The notes beneath the pieces were generated by a model that was not told the origin of the DNA, ran no database searches, and worked only from the letters and a program-made list of their open reading frames with translations. The position numbers were made by a program, and so were the translations under genes. This document shows, in pieces, positions 8,870 to 18,198 of a stretch of DNA of 39,648 nt. Each line of letters starts with the position of its first letter. Position 1 is the stretch's first letter. The stretch is from sequence record SRR31156797_5036; one strand, 5' to 3'.

Positions 8870-10075
8870 ATGAAAGAAGCAGTTATTGTGGGCTATTTGA
8901 GATCCCCCCTTTCCCGCTCAAGACCGGGCGGTCCGGAACGTGCCGCCCGTGACGTATATAACACCCTCAGGATGGATGAACTGGCGGCCGATGTGGTCAA
9001 TGAGCTTGTAAAGCGTACGGGAATAGAAAAGGGAGATGTGGATGAATTCCTTTCGGGCTGCGCCCTCGGCGTGGGTGAGAACTGGAGCTGGGGAGGCAGG
9101 ACCATCCCCCTGCTGGCCGAATTTCCGGTCACGGTCCCGGCAAAAATGATAGATCAGCAGTGCTGCTCGTCCATGGCCACCATCCAGATCGGCGCCATGG
9201 AGATCATGCTGGGCTATTCCGACGTGGTTGTTTCCGTGGGCATAGAGCACATGACCCACATTGCCATGGTAAACAATTCCATGATCCAGCCATCGGGAAA
9301 ATTCGTGCTGGACCCCCGCTACAATGAAAGGGATCTGGCCACCGCCCTGAACATGGGCTTGACCGCGGAAAAGCTGGCTGAAAAGAGCGGCATTTCCAGA
9401 GATGAAATGGACCGATGGAGCGTGCGGAGCCATGAACTATCGGTCAAATCCCTTGAAGAGGGTTTTTTCAAGGATGAAATCATGCCCGTAACGGTTCAGA
9501 CCGCCGATGGGGAAGTCACCCTGAAGAGCGACGTCTCCATACGAAAGGGCGCCACCCTGGAAGGCATGGAAGGGCTCAGACCTGCTTTCAAGGTAAACGG
9601 AGTGATCACGGCGGGCAACTCCTCGCCCGTAAACGCCGGTGCATCGGCCATGATCCTCATGAGCAAGGAGGAGGCCCGCAAGCGGAAATTGAAGCCCCTT
9701 GCAACCATCCGTTCCATGGCATCCGCGGGCGTGGAACCCAGCCTCATGGGCGAAGGACCCGTTCCCGCCAGCAACAAGGTCCTGAAAAACGCAGGCCTCA
9801 AGGTGGAGGACATAGACCTGTGGGAAATCAACGAGGCATTCGCCATTGTGACGCTTAACGCCATCAAGGATCTCAACATCGACCCGGACAGGGTCAACGT
9901 AAAGGGTGGCGGCATCGCCCTCGGCCACCCCCTGGGGGTTACGGGAACGCGCCTGGTGGGAACCCTGGCCCGCATATTGAACCTTCAGGACAAGCGCTAC
10001 GGACTGGCCACCGCCTGCATCGGCGGAGGCCAGGGCTCGGCCACCATCATCGAACGTGAGAACTACGACTGGTAA
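8870..10075 (+). CDS. fadA: Acetyl-CoA C-acyltransferase (thiolase)
   Basis: DQQCCSS (catalytic Cys), EINEAFA, GHPLG and CIGGGQG. Start moved to MKEAVIV (8870) behind AAGGAG; the longer ORF start overlaps fadN. Confidence 0.9.
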   Translation: MKEAVIVGYLRSPLSRSRPGGPERAARDVYNTLRMDELAADVVNELVKRTGIEKGDVDEFLSGCALGVGENWSWGGRTIPLLAEFPVTVPAKMIDQQCCSSMATIQIGAMEIMLGYSDVVVSVGIEHMTHIAMVNNSMIQPSGKFVLDPRYNERDLATALNMGLTAEKLAEKSGISRDEMDRWSVRSHELSVKSLEEGFFKDEIMPVTVQTADGEVTLKSDVSIRKGATLEGMEGLRPAFKVNGVITAGNSSPVNAGASAMILMSKEEARKRKLKPLATIRSMASAGVEPSLMGEGPVPASNKVLKNAGLKVEDIDLWEINEAFAIVTLNAIKDLNIDPDRVNVKGGGIALGHPLGVTGTRLVGTLARILNLQDKRYGLATACIGGGQGSATIIERENYDW

Positions 10076-10093
10076 ATCCGCTCAGTTATCATT

Positions 10094-10125
10094 TCCATTA
10101 CCGTCCCCCAACGGATGGTAATGGA
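10094..10125 (+). other. Intercistronic stem-loop
   Basis: TCCATTACCGTCC-CCCAAC-GGATGGTAATGGA is a 13-bp stem with one G-U pair and no U-tract, just upstream of the next RBS. Confidence 0.6.
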
Positions 10126-10143
10126 TTGCCCAAGGAGATCAAC

Positions 10144-11508
10144 ATGAAAAAAGGAGTCGGGATTCACAACCAGAACCCTTCAGCACAGGTGGCCCTGACC
10201 CGATGGAAAGACAACGGCCACGCAGTGGAAGATGCCCTTGACCAGTGCGAAGCATTAAAGGGTTTTGATCCAAACATGAAGGTATTTATCAAACCGAATC
10301 TCGTGGAATACCTCACCACGGTCAAATTCTCACCTTACGGCATTATCACCTCATGCACGGTGCTTGAAGACCTTGTCCGGTATCTGAAGGACAATGGAGC
10401 AAAGGACATCACCATTGCGGAGGCGGCACTTGAGAACAGGGAATTCGGATGCGGGACCAGATCCACCTATGATGCGCTCAACTACGCGTATCTGACCGAA
10501 AAGTACAACGTGAAACTCATGGACCTCAACGACGAGCCCTTTGAAAAGACCGGCCTCGGGGGCTTCTCCCTAAGCATGTCCAAAACCCTACTGGAGGAGG
10601 CGGGTTTTTTAATCAACGTGCCCGTGCTCAAGACCCACGAGCAGACCAAGGTTTCCCTCGGGTTCAAAAACAACAAGGGGTGCCTGAACAGCAATTCCAA
10701 ATCCATCTGTCACCACAAAAAGCGGCCCCTGGACGATTTTGTGGCGCGTTTAGGGGAGAAGCTCTATCCCCATCTGACGCTGATCGACGGCATCTACTCC
10801 CTGGAAAACGGCCCCATGCACATGGGAAAGGCCCACAGGGAAAATATTATCATTGCCGGCCGCGACATGTTCAGCTGCGACTGCCTGGGATCCTATCTCA
10901 TGGGGTTTGATCCTTCTGAAATAGGGCACCTGGCCATGTTCGCACAGAATCACAATCGCAGCCTCAAGGTGGAGGATATCCACGTCAAAGGTCTCAGCCC
11001 GGCGGACAACGTACATGCCATCCAGTGTTTCGACTACGACGATCCCTGGTACACCGGAGAAGACGTGGAGCCCCAATTTTTCACCAAGCAGGGCGTTAAG
11101 GGCTTCAGGATGCCTCATCCCGGACAAACGCTGTGCACCGGATGTTCCATGCTATTCCCCTTAAGCGTACTCTTTATCATCACTGCCAGCGTCCTGTCAA
11201 AAGGGGCGCCCTATGACGATTATGAATTGCTGGGAGGGAAAAACACAACGCCTTCCGGACATGCCAAAAAGACCTTTCTACTCGGGGACTGCATCATTGC
11301 CGCCAACCGCAAGGGCGAGGGGATTCAGGAGGCCATTCCCATCCCCGGCTGCCCAGCCAGCCTTGAGCATCTGGTGAACACCTTCAACGAGCACGGCATC
11401 AAGTTCAACGGGATGAAAACACTTCAGTACTACTTTGGCAAAAAGGCAGAGAGCTATGCCAAGAAAGGTAACATGTATTCGCTCAAACACTTTGAGTTCG
11501 GAAATTAA
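10144..11508 (+). CDS. DUF362 domain protein with C-terminal Cys-rich (probable Fe-S) domain
   Basis: KVFIKPNLV, LINVPVLKTH, SLGFKNNKG and LTLIDGI fit DUF362. The C-terminal part has CTGC...GDC...IPGCP. AAGGAG RBS before ATG 10144. Confidence 0.8.
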   Translation: MKKGVGIHNQNPSAQVALTRWKDNGHAVEDALDQCEALKGFDPNMKVFIKPNLVEYLTTVKFSPYGIITSCTVLEDLVRYLKDNGAKDITIAEAALENREFGCGTRSTYDALNYAYLTEKYNVKLMDLNDEPFEKTGLGGFSLSMSKTLLEEAGFLINVPVLKTHEQTKVSLGFKNNKGCLNSNSKSICHHKKRPLDDFVARLGEKLYPHLTLIDGIYSLENGPMHMGKAHRENIIIAGRDMFSCDCLGSYLMGFDPSEIGHLAMFAQNHNRSLKVEDIHVKGLSPADNVHAIQCFDYDDPWYTGEDVEPQFFTKQGVKGFRMPHPGQTLCTGCSMLFPLSVLFIITASVLSKGAPYDDYELLGGKNTTPSGHAKKTFLLGDCIIAANRKGEGIQEAIPIPGCPASLEHLVNTFNEHGIKFNGMKTLQYYFGKKAESYAKKGNMYSLKHFEFGN

Positions 11509-11575
11509 CAGGCATGGTCTCATGACCCTGTTTTATTCTCGGCCTGAAAAGGAACACTAAAAGGAGGATCAGCAC

Positions 11576-12013
11576 ATGTCGGACAAGGATTTCAATTGGA
11601 AGGCGTTTCAGAAGCACCTCAGGTACACGGATGAGGAACTGGCGGTATTCAAGGCGGACCCAAAACGCTCCGCGGCCGCAAAAAAACTCTTCAGTCCGGA
11701 CATCATGAAAAAAGATCTCATCGTTGAGATCATCGAATCCCACGGATGCAGCACCGGCCTCAAGCCCGGCGACAAACTCTTCTTCCGGGGGCTGGCCATT
11801 CTGGACATCAAGCGCAGCTGCACCAACTGGTGCGCGCACGCCATGGGACCCATCCCCATGCTTGCCACCCTGGCGCAGGACAGATTCGTATCGGGCCTCG
11901 ATTTAAACGACATTCTCTACGACCACTTCAGCTGCGGTGATGTGGGACCCATGCGCCACGGCTGGGGCCAGGTTGTCATGAAGGCCTACGTTGCCGATAA
12001 CCCGGACCTGTAA
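11576..12013 (+). CDS. TIGR04076-like small Cys protein
   Basis: EIIESHGCSTGLKPGDKLFF...WCAHAM...FSCGDVG..GQVVMK pattern. AGGAGG RBS. Confidence 0.6.
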   Translation: MSDKDFNWKAFQKHLRYTDEELAVFKADPKRSAAAKKLFSPDIMKKDLIVEIIESHGCSTGLKPGDKLFFRGLAILDIKRSCTNWCAHAMGPIPMLATLAQDRFVSGLDLNDILYDHFSCGDVGPMRHGWGQVVMKAYVADNPDL

Positions 12014-12056
12014 CAGGGTTTTAGGAACCCGGCCCTTATCGCTAACAGGAGAAGTC

Positions 12057-12950
12057 ATGAAAACAGGGGAAAAGCACTTCGGCCCGGTGTGGTTCATACC
12101 GGGTGAAAACGATGGGAAGTATCCGTTCTGCCATTCCGTATATATCGAAGGCGCCGGTGTGCTGATCGATCCGTCCTCCGACAAAAAAAGGCTCATGGAG
12201 CTCAAAAAGGATCCGGGGGTCAAATCCGTCTGGCTGAGCCACTGGCATGAGGATCACTTCATGCACCTGGATCTTTTTGACAACCTCCCCCTTTATATCT
12301 CAGAAAAAGATGCACCGCCCATTTCCGATCTCGGACTTTTCATTGATGCCTATGGGATGGAAGACCCCATTGAACGAAAATTCTGGGGAAACGTAATGTT
12401 AAAAAACTTCCATTTCCGCCCCCGAAATCCGACCGGGTTTTTAAAAGGCGGGGAGACCATATCCCTTGAAGGTACGGATGTGGACATTATCAGCACGCCG
12501 GGACACACGGCCGGGCATATGGCATTTTTTTGTCGTGAACCGGATGTACTCATCATGGGCGACTATGATCTTGGCAAGTTCGGACCCTGGTATGGTGATA
12601 TAAATTCCAGCATTGCCGACACTATTTCATCGGTAAAAATGCTTAAAAATATTCATGCGAGCACATGGATCACGGGTCACCAAACAGGCCTGTTCGAGCA
12701 GAATCCGGGCGATATCTGGAAAAAATACCTGGATATCATCACGGTAAGGGAGAATAAGCTGATTGACTTCCTGAAAACCCCCCGAACGCTGGAAGAAATC
12801 GTTGGGGCATGGATTATCTACGGAAAACCCAAAGAACCTAAGACTTTCTATGAGTTCGGCGAGCGCGCTCACATGAGGAAACACCTTGATAAGCTCATGA
12901 ATCAGAAAGATGTCTTTCTTGAGGGAAACAGGTACCTTCTGAACCGTTGA
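12057..12950 (+). CDS. MBL-fold metallo-hydrolase
   Basis: SHWHEDH (HxHxDH), TPGHTAGH, GD and terminal GH motifs. AGGAG RBS before ATG 12057. Confidence 0.85.
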   Translation: MKTGEKHFGPVWFIPGENDGKYPFCHSVYIEGAGVLIDPSSDKKRLMELKKDPGVKSVWLSHWHEDHFMHLDLFDNLPLYISEKDAPPISDLGLFIDAYGMEDPIERKFWGNVMLKNFHFRPRNPTGFLKGGETISLEGTDVDIISTPGHTAGHMAFFCREPDVLIMGDYDLGKFGPWYGDINSSIADTISSVKMLKNIHASTWITGHQTGLFEQNPGDIWKKYLDIITVRENKLIDFLKTPRTLEEIVGAWIIYGKPKEPKTFYEFGERAHMRKHLDKLMNQKDVFLEGNRYLLNR

Positions 12951-12966
12951 GCCGGAGCGCTTTCTC

Positions 12967-14502
12967 ATGGACATGAAGGAAAAGATCAATGAGCTGAGCA
13001 GGAAAAGAGCCTCCACGCTGGACAGTGCCAGGCCCCATGCCGTTGACAGGCAGAAGGCCTTAGGAAAGCTGACGGCCAGGCAAAGGCTCGATCGGCTTTG
13101 TGATCCTGGAAGCTTTCTCGAATTCGGTCAGCTTGCGGAGGCCACAAACATTCGGGACGGAGAGTCTCCAGCCGACGGCGTTATCATAGGCATCGGACAT
13201 ATTCGTGGCCGCAGGGCGGCTGTTGTGAGCTACGATTTCACCGTGATGGGGGGGTCCCAGGGGACAATAAGCCACTCAAAGACAGACCACATACACAAAA
13301 TCGCTCTGGAGCAGGGAATCCCCCTTGTGTATCTTCTGGACGGGGGAGGCGCCCGGGCCCAGGATCTGGAATCCTACCCCTACCATTTCATAGAAATGTG
13401 GTACGATCAGGTGCGAATGTCGGGGTGGGTTCCCATGGTCGCAGGGATCATGGGACCCTGTTACGCGGGTCACGCCAATATTGCCGGGCTCTGCGATTTC
13501 GTCTCCATGGTTGAAAAAACGGGCTCCATGGGAGTGGCCGGGACACATCTGGTCCGTGCATCCCTTTCAAAGGAGATCACCCCCCTTGAACTGGGCGGGG
13601 CCAGGATGCACGCGGAGCTTAGCGGGGCCGTCGACATGCTGGCGGAAAACGATGAGGAATGCATCGAGCACATAAAGGGGTACCTGTCCTTTTTTTCCGG
13701 CAACTCATCCAAAAGCCCCCCTGTTACTCCCTGCGAAGACCCGGTTGACCGCGTGGATGAAAACCTGGCCGGGATTGCACCTCTTTCTCACAAAAAAGGG
13801 TACGACATGTACCGGGTGATAAGATCTGTCGTGGACCACGGTCGTATATTCGACATCAAATCGCTCTGGGCGAAAAACATCATTACATGCTTGGCAAGAC
13901 TGAACGGCCGGCCCGTGGGAATGGTTGCAAACCAGCCCCTTTTCATGGCAGGGGTCATGGACACACCCGCATCGGAAAAGATGTCTCACTTCGTGGAGTT
14001 GTGCGATGCCTTCGGCATTCCCCTGGTGCTGCTGGCGGACGTACCGGGGTTCATGGCAGGCCCCGACCATGAGAAGACGGGACTGGTCAGACGCAGTATG
14101 AAGACCCTCTATGCACTTGGCCACTGCTCCGTCCCGGTAATCAGCGTGGTAATACGAAAGTCGTTCGGCATGGGCGGATACGTTATGGCTTCAAGAGGAT
14201 TCAGGCCCAACATGTTTCTTGCATGGCCTGCCGCTGAAATAGGAGGAATGGGCGTGGAGGGGGCGGTGGAGATCCTTCACCGAAAAAGGATTGCAGAATC
14301 CGGGGACCCTGAAAAGCTCAGGAAGGATCTGGTCCACGAATTGAGGAACAAGATGGGCGCCATGTCCACGGCTCGGGTCTACGGCGTGGATGACGTCATA
14401 GATCCAAGGAATACGAGGCCGGTTCTCATTCGAGCCCTGGAACATCTAAGAAGAAAAAATCCTCAACTTCCGCCCAAAAAACACGGCATCGCTCCCTTTT
14501 AG
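12967..14502 (+). CDS. Acyl-CoA carboxylase/decarboxylase carboxyltransferase subunit (PccB/MmdA-like)
   Basis: GKLTARQR, ADGVIIG, DFTVMGGS, GGGARAQ, LGGARMH, DVPGFM and terminal KKHGIAPF. Confidence 0.9.
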   Translation: MDMKEKINELSRKRASTLDSARPHAVDRQKALGKLTARQRLDRLCDPGSFLEFGQLAEATNIRDGESPADGVIIGIGHIRGRRAAVVSYDFTVMGGSQGTISHSKTDHIHKIALEQGIPLVYLLDGGGARAQDLESYPYHFIEMWYDQVRMSGWVPMVAGIMGPCYAGHANIAGLCDFVSMVEKTGSMGVAGTHLVRASLSKEITPLELGGARMHAELSGAVDMLAENDEECIEHIKGYLSFFSGNSSKSPPVTPCEDPVDRVDENLAGIAPLSHKKGYDMYRVIRSVVDHGRIFDIKSLWAKNIITCLARLNGRPVGMVANQPLFMAGVMDTPASEKMSHFVELCDAFGIPLVLLADVPGFMAGPDHEKTGLVRRSMKTLYALGHCSVPVISVVIRKSFGMGGYVMASRGFRPNMFLAWPAAEIGGMGVEGAVEILHRKRIAESGDPEKLRKDLVHELRNKMGAMSTARVYGVDDVIDPRNTRPVLIRALEHLRRKNPQLPPKKHGIAPF

Positions 14503-14537
14503 CTGCTCCTTTCTTATCCGGCGAGTTCTGAAAACCT

Positions 14538-16097
14538 CTAAATGGTTATGTTGTCCCGCATCTTCTTGTAGCGCCACATGGCCGCCAGCGCCTTTACCGC
14601 CTGCTCCGGGCCATTGTAAACGGGAATGTTCCCCTTCACCATCATTCTGCGCACGCCTTTGGCCATTGATGCATCGAGGTTTGCCGCCAGCACCGGCTTT
14701 CCCCCTGTCTTGAGCGCGTCCGACATGGCATCGGCCTGGGCCTCCAACATGCTTTCGAGCGCCTGCGCCATCTCGGAAGGAAGCTCTCCTTTTGCCCTGA
14801 CGCCGATCCTCTTCCAGAGATCCGCAGCATAGATCCCCAACCCGTAAACCAGAATGGCATCCACCTCCCGAGCCTCTGTGAGCATTTGAGGGAGCTTCTC
14901 GCCATAGACCGACATGTCCGAGGAAAAACTGAGATCGATGGGATTTCCGGCGCTTCCGGTAGGGGGAAGCACCGAGCTTATCTTTTCTCTCAGCTCCCGG
15001 GAGAAACGGGCAAGGGTCAGCTGGGATTTCCCCACCTGATCGGCCATGGAGGTACCCGGACCACCCGAGTTGGTCAATATGGCGACCCTGGGCCCCTTTG
15101 GCAGGGGCATGCGCTCAAAGGCGTTCAACCATTCCAAGAGCTCGGTGCTCGTTTCCGCCTGAACAATACCGCACTGACCCAGGAAGCCTTCCATTATTTT
15201 TCCGGATCCGGCTACCGCAGCCGTGTGGGAGGCGGCGGCCCGGGACCCTTCGGGCGTACTTCCCGAATAGAGGGCCACCACCGGCTTTTCCCTTGAAAGC
15301 CGGCGAGCGGCATCCCTGAATAACCTTGGACGACGAATTGATTCAAGGTATAAACCCACCACCTTGATATCCTCATTGGCACGGAAATATTCCAAGGCGT
15401 CAACCATGTCCACATTCCCTTCATTGCCCAGGCTTATGAACTCGCCCACCCCCAGGTCCATGCCTTCCGCATAGGGAAGTGCCTGGCACACATAGGAACC
15501 GGAGTGGGACGCAAATCCTATCCCCCCGCATCTTCCGTCGTAGGGGACGGTGGTGGTATTTATCCCGCGCCGGGCGTTCACAATGCCGAGGCAGTTAGGC
15601 CCTATGTACCGGATGCCGTAGCGCTCCACCACCTCATCGATCCTTTTTTGAAGGGCCTTGCCTTCTTCTCCAATTTCGCTGTATCCCGCGGTTATTACCA
15701 CGGCGTGGCGTGTTCCCTTCCTGCCCGCCTCCTCCAGGACCTCCGGAACCAGCAACGTGGGAATGACCAGGACCACAAGATCGGGGGCCTCGGGTAACGA
15801 CTCGATATGTCTGAATGTCTTTACATCCTGAACACTCCGGTCCTTAGGATGTACCACCCAGACCGGCCCTTCAAACCCGGAGCCGAGGATATTGAGCAGT
15901 GCCGTGGTCCCCATGCTGAGAAGCCTGTTTGAAGCCCCCATAACACATATGGACCCAGGGTTCATGATGCCGTAAAGGGGGTTGTCCGGCATCGATATGC
16001 CGGACGCGTATGGATCATCCGATACGGCTACCTTCATCTTGCCTTGCCCGGTAATAAGCACAGGCGTATCATCTATACAATTTCCAATGACTGACAT
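14538..16097 (-). CDS. ADP-forming acyl-CoA synthetase (acetate--CoA ligase family), alpha-subunit domains only
   Basis: GAS...IGPNCLG, SHSGS, SLGNEG, phospho-His motif AAASHTAAVAG, NSGGPG and NPIDL. Start chosen at 16097 behind AAGGAG. No ATP-grasp domain seen. Confidence 0.85.
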   Translation of the reverse strand: MSVIGNCIDDTPVLITGQGKMKVAVSDDPYASGISMPDNPLYGIMNPGSICVMGASNRLLSMGTTALLNILGSGFEGPVWVVHPKDRSVQDVKTFRHIESLPEAPDLVVLVIPTLLVPEVLEEAGRKGTRHAVVITAGYSEIGEEGKALQKRIDEVVERYGIRYIGPNCLGIVNARRGINTTTVPYDGRCGGIGFASHSGSYVCQALPYAEGMDLGVGEFISLGNEGNVDMVDALEYFRANEDIKVVGLYLESIRRPRLFRDAARRLSREKPVVALYSGSTPEGSRAAASHTAAVAGSGKIMEGFLGQCGIVQAETSTELLEWLNAFERMPLPKGPRVAILTNSGGPGTSMADQVGKSQLTLARFSRELREKISSVLPPTGSAGNPIDLSFSSDMSVYGEKLPQMLTEAREVDAILVYGLGIYAADLWKRIGVRAKGELPSEMAQALESMLEAQADAMSDALKTGGKPVLAANLDASMAKGVRRMMVKGNIPVYNGPEQAVKALAAMWRYKKMRDNITI

Positions 16098-16253
16098 AAA
16101 AACGGTCTCCTTCATCACACGGAATAGCTGGTTGCCTGGTATCTTCACCCCGATTGCCGGAGACACAGGCTTCTTCGTCATGGTTGGCGGATTCAATGGG
16201 GCATCCCATGAATAAATATTATCATTTGAACTCCCTGATGAAATATGCAATAA

Positions 16254-16271
16254 TGAATGATGCCTCATTTA
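16254..16271. promoter_or_regulatory. Candidate TetR/FadR-type operator
   Basis: TGAATGA-TGCC-TCATTTA (6/7 palindromic) just downstream of the leftward promoter. Confidence 0.5.
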
Positions 16272-16283
16272 GCAATCGGAAGA

Positions 16284-16312
16284 AACATAGAATAGAAACG
16301 GTTTCGTGTCAA
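16284..16312 (-). promoter_or_regulatory. Sigma70 promoter for the CoA ligase gene
   Basis: Minus strand TTGACA (16312-16307), 17 nt, TATGTT (16289-16284). Confidence 0.6.
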
Positions 16313-16335
16313 CCGATTGCAGTGTTAACCCGGCA

Positions 16336-16365
16336 TTGACTTTCCACGAACCGCAATGGTATCAA
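16336..16365 (+). promoter_or_regulatory. Sigma70 promoter for the acyl-CoA dehydrogenase
   Basis: TTGACT (16336-16341), 18 nt, TATCAA (16360-16365), with an extended TG. Confidence 0.45.
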
Positions 16366-16448
16366 ACCGAAAAGCAATGCCCTTCAACAATTATTAACTT
16401 CAATATTCCAAAAAAATCTTACGGACCATTTTTCATTAAGGAGGAATC

Positions 16449-17606
16449 ATGTCATACGATCTTACCGAAGAGCAGGAGATGCTCAAGGAAACCGTTGCAC
16501 GCATCGCCAAAGAACAGATCGCCCCCGGCGCCGCTTTGAGAGATGAGAAAGCCCAATTCCCCTGGGATATGGTGGAACTGCTTCGGGAAAACGCACTTTT
16601 CGGCGCCGACTACCCGGAAAAATTCGGCGGGTCCGAAATGGGTCTGTTGTCCCTGTGCCTGATCATCGAAGAGATCGCCAAGGTTTGCGCCTCCACTTCC
16701 GTGGTCCTCCTGGTCCATGAACTGGGGACCATGCCCATCATGCTGGCGGGCAACCATGAACAAAAAGAGCGTTATTTTCCCAAATTGGCAACCGGTGAAA
16801 ACCTCATCGCCTTCGGTCTCACGGAACCTAACGCCGGTTCCGATGTGTCCGGTCTCAAAACCAAGGCGGTCAAAGACGGCGACGACTATATCATTAACGG
16901 AACCAAAACCTTCATCTCCCATGCGGACGTGGCGGACGTGGTGTGCATCGCAGCCAGGACCGATCCTTCCGTGGCGGGACCCAAAGGCACCAGCATATTT
17001 ATTGTGGATAAAGGCACGCCCGGTTTCAGCATCGGCAAGCATGAAGACAAAATGGGTATTCGAGGATCTTCCACCGTGGAAATTATCCTGGAAGATGTAC
17101 GGGTACCGGCCGGAAACATTCTGGGCGGTGAAGGATTAGGGTTTCCCATTCTCATGAAAACCCTGGATCTCACCCGTATCCCCGTGGCCAGCCAGGCCGT
17201 GGGCATTGCCCAGGGAGCGCTGGATTATGCCGTTAACTACACCAAGGAGAGGACCCAGTTCGGCAAGCCCATCTTCTCTTTTCAAGGGCTTCAATGGATG
17301 ATGGCCGACATGACCACCCAGGTGGAAGCGGCCCGGCAGCTCACATACAAGGCCGCCAGCGTCTTTGAAAAATTCCCCAAAAACCTGGATCGTCTCCCCA
17401 AGGAAGCGGTTCGACAGTCGGCCATGGCGAAACTCTTCGCCGGAGAGACCGCCATGAAGGTCACAACCGATGCGGTCCAGTTGTTGGGCGGGTACGGCTA
17501 TGTCAAGGAATATCCGGTGGAAAGAATGATGCGCGACGCCAAAATCACCCAGATATACGAAGGGACGAGCCAGATCCAGAAGGTGGTCATCTCCGCCACC
17601 CTGTAA
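16449..17606 (+). CDS. Acyl-CoA dehydrogenase
   Basis: LTEPNAGSD, INGTKTFIS, KMGIRGS, RTQFGKPI, QLLGGYGY and catalytic IYEGTSQIQ. AAGGAGG RBS. Confidence 0.95.
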   Translation: MSYDLTEEQEMLKETVARIAKEQIAPGAALRDEKAQFPWDMVELLRENALFGADYPEKFGGSEMGLLSLCLIIEEIAKVCASTSVVLLVHELGTMPIMLAGNHEQKERYFPKLATGENLIAFGLTEPNAGSDVSGLKTKAVKDGDDYIINGTKTFISHADVADVVCIAARTDPSVAGPKGTSIFIVDKGTPGFSIGKHEDKMGIRGSSTVEIILEDVRVPAGNILGGEGLGFPILMKTLDLTRIPVASQAVGIAQGALDYAVNYTKERTQFGKPIFSFQGLQWMMADMTTQVEAARQLTYKAASVFEKFPKNLDRLPKEAVRQSAMAKLFAGETAMKVTTDAVQLLGGYGYVKEYPVERMMRDAKITQIYEGTSQIQKVVISATL

Positions 17607-17624
17607 TTTTCCGACATAAAAACC

Positions 17625-17668
17625 GGATGCCCCTTGATTGTATTCAATAATTTCATATGGGGGCATCC
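17625..17668. terminator. Possible terminator/stem-loop after the acyl-CoA dehydrogenase
   Basis: GGATGCCCC ... GGGGCATCC inverted repeat with a long AT-rich loop and an A-run on the left side. Confidence 0.35.
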
Positions 17669-17808
17669 TACCTTATCTTCAACATGTTGTCCGTCCATTC
17701 GTAAACGACGCACTCATCCAGCATAAAATGACCGTCGACGCGAATGAACCCGGCTTTACCATTCATTAAAGCAGGAAAACTGCCAAAAAAAGGAGGCATA
17801 GGGAACCG

Positions 17809-18198
17809 ATGAAACCAAATACCCATCTTGACATCAATGAGGCGTTGTGCGGGACGGTCGTGAAGATCGAAGGGGATTACTGTCTGATCCGTTTGAACGC
17901 CACGGAGGCCATGAAGGTGGATTCTTACGGCTTGATCCATGGCGGATTTGTTTTCGGCGCTACGGATTACGCCGCCATGCTGGCGGTAAACCATCCCAAT
18001 GTGGTTCTTGGGTCAGCGGAGGTGCAGTTCATAAAACCGTTGAAAGTCAGTGAAACCCTTTTTGCCGAGGCAAAGGTGGTGGAGAGCAAGGGAAGGAAAA
18101 AGCGGGTGTCCGTATCAGCCAAAGTGGAAGACAAGGAAATTTTCAAAGGCACATTTACCTGCTTTGTGCTGGACAGGCACGTATTGGATGCGCCCTAG
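17809..18198 (+). CDS. PaaI-family hotdog thioesterase
   Basis: GLIHGGFVFGATDYAAMLAVN...EVQFIKP. AGGAGG RBS. Confidence 0.85.
   Translation: MKPNTHLDINEALCGTVVKIEGDYCLIRLNATEAMKVDSYGLIHGGFVFGATDYAAMLAVNHPNVVLGSAEVQFIKPLKVSETLFAEAKVVESKGRKKRVSVSAKVEDKEIFKGTFTCFVLDRHVLDAP

Noticed and set aside
16098..16268. N-terminal extension of the CoA ligase ORF
   Set aside because: It covers operator and leader DNA; the RBS supports the start at 16097.
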